This document shows, in pieces, positions 59,650-64,000 of a DNA stretch of 64,000 nucleotides. The stretch's first letter is position 1. Every line of letters starts with the position of its first letter. The notes beneath the pieces were generated by a model. The model was not told the DNA's origin, ran no database searches, and saw nothing but the letters and a program-made list of their open reading frames with translations. The stretch covers positions 26,779-90,778 of the forward strand of contig CAZWEM010000014.1 in NCBI GenBank assembly GCA_964632315.1, in the 5' to 3' direction. Made by a program: the position numbers and the translations under genes. This stretch comes from an uncultured archaeon. Its GTDB lineage: Archaea; Asgardarchaeota; Lokiarchaeia; Sigyniarchaeales; SOKP01.

Positions 59650-59991
59650 TTACCATGCTCCCATGGAATTGAACATGAGAGACAGTAAAATAGGCCAGAT
59701 GTTAGTTAAAAGAAGGAAGATACCTGTCATATATCCTACTATGGCAAATCCACGGAACTTGTCAAAATCAAGTCCAGTTTTTGCAATAAAAATTGCGCTG
59801 AGAAACATTGGAATCACCGTGACAATAACAATGCTATTTGATAAGAACAATATAACTGCGACTGCAGAGGAAATTATCATTAATGACACCATTCCATAGG
59901 AAAATTTTTCATGACAATATTTTTTGGTAAAATTTACATTTCCCTTGCTTATATCAGTCCAGGCTTCTTTCATGCTAATCATCTTTATCAC
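59650..59991 (-). CDS. Small membrane protein
   Basis: 3 hydrophobic segments; GGTGAT overlaps the start region. Confidence 0.65.
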   Translation of the reverse strand: MIKMISMKEAWTDISKGNVNFTKKYCHEKFSYGMVSLMIISSAVAVILFLSNSIVIVTVIPMFLSAIFIAKTGLDFDKFRGFAIVGYMTGIFLLLTNIWPILLSLMFNSMGAW

Positions 59992-60137
59992 CTTAAATAA
60001 AATGATGATAAGCTTCGATTAATAGTCACCTTCTACGTACTTTATACAAAGTTCGAAGATTGTCTATCGAATGATCTTAAATGATCGAATTTAAATACAT
60101 CAAAATTAATCATAATACTTGTTAACAATTTAAAGGG

Positions 60138-62048
60138 ATGACACCTGTGAATCAAAAAAATTATCCTCCGGAAGGGTTGTTTAATATTTTAAAGAATGAT
60201 TATGAACATCTCACACTCTGGATGCTCTCAAATAATGATGAATGTAAATGGTCCAACTTTACTGAAGCCCCTCTTAATTTTAGTAGCTCGACTGTATCAA
60301 AATATATAAATCGCTTGCAAGATAGAGGTCAAATTGTGAAAGTTTCAAGGGGAGTTTATAGAATTACTACAGAAGGACGAAAGAGATTTAATGAAATCTC
60401 AAGCTCGCACGGAAAGGAAAAAAAACTGAACTACCCCCCAAAAATCATTTTAAGAAAACGCAATTATGCAGATTGGATTCTTTGGATGGTTTATAATAAT
60501 AATTATTGTAAGTGGAGTGATTTCACAGAACCTCCTATTTCAATCAACCGTCATTCCTTGTCAAAAAAAATGAATCTCTTGAAGGAACGAGAATTAATTT
60601 TACACGAAAATAAAGAATACAGAATATCTCATTCTGGAAAGTTACAGTACTCGAAAATGTTAGAGAAATATGATTTAGATAGACAATCAATTCTGAATGA
60701 AGAAAGCAAGAGGATTGAAGAATTAACTAATAAAACACTTACATTTTTTGAACAAATTAACCTCGAGGATGAAGAAATTCAATATAGATTTCTTATTAAT
60801 TCATTGAAGTTGGATTATAACCGCGTTAATTCGATGCTTACTGACCAAACCGATTTTGAAAAAATATTACTTTTTCTGTCTATTAATCACCCAGATAATT
60901 TTCCTTCTTCCATGCCTCTTGATGAGTTTGCAGACAAATATGAAATAAAAAGAACTAAATTAAGCTATTATATTGATGAAATTGTCGAAAACCAAATATA
61001 TCCAATCAAAATTTTCAAATTAAATTTACCTAATGGAAAAAGTTATTATTTTCAAGAGAATGAGACTTTAGAGATGATGTTACGTGCCATTACTGAAAAA
61101 TTTATTAAAAAATCCACTTACTTAAGTCAGTTAAAATCAAGAGGTATTGAGCTAAAAAACATCGAGCAAAATATCATAAGTGAAGCTTGTTCTAAAATTT
61201 TTAATCCAAATATGAAAGAAGCTCTAATGCAGTTTTTACCAGAATATATGGATTATTTAGCCTATAAAATGGAAGCTAAAATCGAATTAAGGGAAACTTA
61301 TGATAAACTCGAGGCGATTATTTGGCAGAATATGATGGATGCTCTTCAAACAAGAGAAGTTGAAGTTGAGAAAGTAAGTTTTAAAGGATCTATTCAGGAG
61401 ATTGATAAATTGCTTAAATCTGAGCCAAATAATATAGAATTATATCTCTCAAAATGCGCGATTTTAAAATATTACAATAAGTATGATGAATTGCTTGATT
61501 TGTTAGATGATATGCTCCAATCTTTTCCTGATCTTGAAGTGGATCTTAGCTTGAAAAAAGCCGATGTTTTAAAATTAATGGGTGATCTAAATGCAGGATA
61601 TGAAATTCTCGAGAATTTAAGCCATAAATATCCTGAAGATATCAAGCTTCAAATGTATAAAGCTTATTGGCTAATGTATCTGAATAAAAAGGATCAATCA
61701 CTAAATCTAATGAAAAACATCCTTGATCGCGAGTCTAATAATGGAATTTTTTATGACACATATGGAGAAATACTTATGAATTACGAAGAATATGAATCTG
61801 CAACTGAACAATTTCAAAAAGCAATAGAACTAGGTGAGAAAGAATGGTTTATTTATCAAACATATATCAAGCTAGGGATATGTTACAAGGAACTTGAAGA
61901 TTACAAATTAGCCTTAGAAAATTTGAGGGTAGGTAAAGATTATACTGAAAAATCGCAAGCTGATCAAGATACAAAACAGAAATGGATCACTATTGCAAAC
62001 TTATTTCTAACTGAAATGGAAAATACTACAGATCAATTCGATTCATAA
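60138..62048 (+). CDS. Tandem winged-helix repeat protein with C-terminal TPR repeats
   Basis: Two NYPP...LWM..NN..CKWS.FTE.P repeats with Y.I...G wings; C-terminal TPRs (YDTYGEILM, YIKLGICY). Confidence 0.8.
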   Translation: MTPVNQKNYPPEGLFNILKNDYEHLTLWMLSNNDECKWSNFTEAPLNFSSSTVSKYINRLQDRGQIVKVSRGVYRITTEGRKRFNEISSSHGKEKKLNYPPKIILRKRNYADWILWMVYNNNYCKWSDFTEPPISINRHSLSKKMNLLKERELILHENKEYRISHSGKLQYSKMLEKYDLDRQSILNEESKRIEELTNKTLTFFEQINLEDEEIQYRFLINSLKLDYNRVNSMLTDQTDFEKILLFLSINHPDNFPSSMPLDEFADKYEIKRTKLSYYIDEIVENQIYPIKIFKLNLPNGKSYYFQENETLEMMLRAITEKFIKKSTYLSQLKSRGIELKNIEQNIISEACSKIFNPNMKEALMQFLPEYMDYLAYKMEAKIELRETYDKLEAIIWQNMMDALQTREVEVEKVSFKGSIQEIDKLLKSEPNNIELYLSKCAILKYYNKYDELLDLLDDMLQSFPDLEVDLSLKKADVLKLMGDLNAGYEILENLSHKYPEDIKLQMYKAYWLMYLNKKDQSLNLMKNILDRESNNGIFYDTYGEILMNYEEYESATEQFQKAIELGEKEWFIYQTYIKLGICYKELEDYKLALENLRVGKDYTEKSQADQDTKQKWITIANLFLTEMENTTDQFDS

Positions 62049-62058
62049 TAAAAGCGAA

Positions 62059-62739
62059 TTATATAAGAAATCCCTTGAAGACTACGATTGAACCAATATC
62101 AATGGCAATTAAAGCAACAATTTCAATTGCAATAGAATCTAAACTCCCGCCTAAAAGATTAATGAATAATCCAAATACGACTATTATGATTCCAATATAA
62201 AACCACTGGATCCTTTTTTTGCGTTCTCCCTCGAGCTTGTTAGAAATTAATACATACCTATAGACTGCAAATACGCAGATTATGATCCTAGAAAGATTAA
62301 CAAATAATAATAATCCAGTGGATGTATTTGTATTCACTATTCCACTAGCATAACTAATTTGATCTAGCTCTGGAGGCCAGATAAAATATCCAATACTCAT
62401 GATGATGAATAGAACACTAACGGAGGTAATGTATTTCAAGCTCATGGCAACCTTTTCATACTTTTCCAGAACTAAAACTGTCATTAAGAGAGCGATGCAT
62501 ATAAAATTAAAGAATAGTTGAGCAATTATCATCAGGGGAATGATTATTGATGCGTTGTTTGTAATCAGATGATAAATCGTATAGAAAAAAAATCCTAATG
62601 AACCAGAAGCAAAAAAGAGAGCAAACCATCTATTTAGCCAATTATTCCTATTCAAGGTGAATACTCTCATACCTACAACTAGTGAAAATATAATTGTTAT
62701 AAATGCTGCAATAACCTTAGTGAGATTAAGGAATTCCAT
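62059..62739 (-). CDS. Stand-alone 7-TM protein (HisKA_7TM-like sensor domain)
   Basis: Seven hydrophobic helices; N.LNRWFALFF after TM1; basic KKRI loop before TM6. Confidence 0.7.
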   Translation of the reverse strand: MEFLNLTKVIAAFITIIFSLVVGMRVFTLNRNNWLNRWFALFFASGSLGFFFYTIYHLITNNASIIIPLMIIAQLFFNFICIALLMTVLVLEKYEKVAMSLKYITSVSVLFIIMSIGYFIWPPELDQISYASGIVNTNTSTGLLLFVNLSRIIICVFAVYRYVLISNKLEGERKKRIQWFYIGIIIVVFGLFINLLGGSLDSIAIEIVALIAIDIGSIVVFKGFLI

Positions 62740-62857
62740 ATACTTTTATTTGTTTTAATAGAATTTAAAATTGTATTTTACTAGATCGGTTTTGAAATGC
62801 CAAAAATTTTTATTCAAAATTATCAATTTAATTTAATGTATCTTCGTCAATCCATCA

Positions 62858-63313
62858 ATGGCAATTCTAGAAGTTGGAATCAATTTTGGTCCAAGGAATC
62901 TATTGGGTGTGAAATATTATTCAGATTCAGATAATGTCATTAGCCCTAAATTACGAGCCAAGTTTTTAACTGGATTAGAGGAGTACGTTTCAGAGGTATA
63001 TGGAGATAAAATGAACATAATATCCTTTTCTAATTTTCAAATCGTGTGTTATTATAAAATGATTAAATTAGCAGACAGAGATCTCGAGAGTGCTAATCAG
63101 TTATTAGTTTTTGCCATAACTGAAAAAGAAACAGATCCCTCCCTTGTAAAAAAGCATTTAAAGGAAATTCTTAATGAATTTATGTATAACTTTGAAGTTC
63201 ATGAAATAATCTGTGAAGATGGGAAGATTTTTACAGAGTTTAATGAGAAAATAGATTTAATATTGGGAGATTTAAGATTTAAACTTGATGATAGAATTAG
63301 CTCACTTTTCTAG
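62858..63313 (+). CDS. Longin-like domain protein
   Basis: beta-beta-alpha-beta-beta-beta-alpha-alpha pattern: L...FL.GL..Y..EV.G, LLVFAI.EK, LKEILNEF...F, F.EF...ID.IL. Confidence 0.65.
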   Translation: MAILEVGINFGPRNLLGVKYYSDSDNVISPKLRAKFLTGLEEYVSEVYGDKMNIISFSNFQIVCYYKMIKLADRDLESANQLLVFAITEKETDPSLVKKHLKEILNEFMYNFEVHEIICEDGKIFTEFNEKIDLILGDLRFKLDDRISSLF

Positions 63314-63490
63314 GGAATTAAGTACAAATCTCCTCATTTGAGAATTCACTTTTTAAAACAATGACAATTTTCTTTTTATTTCAGAATCATAATTCGATCA
63401 ATAATTCGAACTTCGTAAAAAGTAAGAACTTAGAAACTATATTAAAACCATTTCATACCTCTATATTAAGAAAAATTAGGTGTAAAAAAA

Positions 63491-64000
63491 ATGCAACAAA
63501 TTGAATTAGATAAGGATTATCGAGAGGCATTTTACAGGACCAAATGTTTCAAGGGAATATTTACTCATGACATCTCAAACCTATTTCAAATAATTAGTAA
63601 TTCGATCGAGATTTGTGGATCCTTACTTAGAGAGGAGACAAATTTGAGAGAACTAATTGACTATTTTGAACTTATTGATCAGCAGTTAAATCGAGGAAAG
63701 ATACTCATTAACAATGTAAGAAATCTCTCGATATTAGAAGACTATAAAATGCCATTAGAACCTATAGAGGTTTTTAAAACTCTTAGGAATGCAATCCAAT
63801 TTGCTCAACTTGGTTTTTCGAATAAAAATTTTGAGATCAAAGTCTTACCTGAGCAAAAAGATCTCTATGTAATGGCAAATGAACTATTACTTGATGTTTT
63901 CGAAAATCTGATTATGAATTCAATTATTTATAATAAAAATGAGAAAGTCTATATTACTGTTTGTGTCTCCATCATGGAAGAAAACAATAGAGATTACATC
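63491..64000 (+). CDS. Histidine kinase (HisKA + HATPase_c), 3'-truncated by window edge; no sensor domain
   Basis: MQQIELDKDY...IFTHDISNLFQII (H-box)...ANELLLDVFENLIMNSIIYN (N-box); not in the ORF track because no stop codon falls in the window. Confidence 0.85.
   Translation, partial: MQQIELDKDYREAFYRTKCFKGIFTHDISNLFQIISNSIEICGSLLREETNLRELIDYFELIDQQLNRGKILINNVRNLSILEDYKMPLEPIEVFKTLRNAIQFAQLGFSNKNFEIKVLPEQKDLYVMANELLLDVFENLIMNSIIYNKNEKVYITVCVSIMEENNRDYI

Noticed and set aside
1204-59899. Numerous 60-170 aa ORFs antisense to or nested in larger genes (e.g. 1204-1728, 10530-10823, 27687-28175, 55371-55673)
   Set aside because: They are shadows of well-supported genes, with no motifs or RBS.

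Overview
Very AT-rich archaeal DNA, most consistent with an Asgard (Lokiarchaeia-like) genome. It carries three Rab-like small GTPases, a longin-type protein, a profilin-like domain, GGTGA-type ribosome-binding sites and T-rich terminators. The content is mostly accessory: tandem P-type H+-ATPases, SPFH, two radical SAM enzymes, PadR-Hsp20, an ABC exporter operon, ZupT, NadE, an orphan adenine DNA methyltransferase, many SAM methyltransferases, CPBP proteases, flavodoxins/ferredoxins and surface beta-helix proteins. I saw no rRNA, tRNA, CRISPR array or transposase. Main leads: (1) an unknown protein at 30922-31383 (-) whose frame continues through two adjacent TGA codons and is followed ~15 nt after its TAA by a eukaryote/Loki-type SECIS-like hairpin, a candidate new selenoprotein with vicinal Sec-Sec; (2) a profilin-like domain fused to an LCM/Ppm1-type methyltransferase next to a Rab-like GTPase and an ICMT-family gene; (3) a fused HgcAB-like corrinoid protein with its own methyltransferase; (4) several genes that seem to start at ATT, including an unannotated ribbon-helix-helix gene; (5) several candidate operator motifs. 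Family assignments come from motif recognition by eye, not from database searches.
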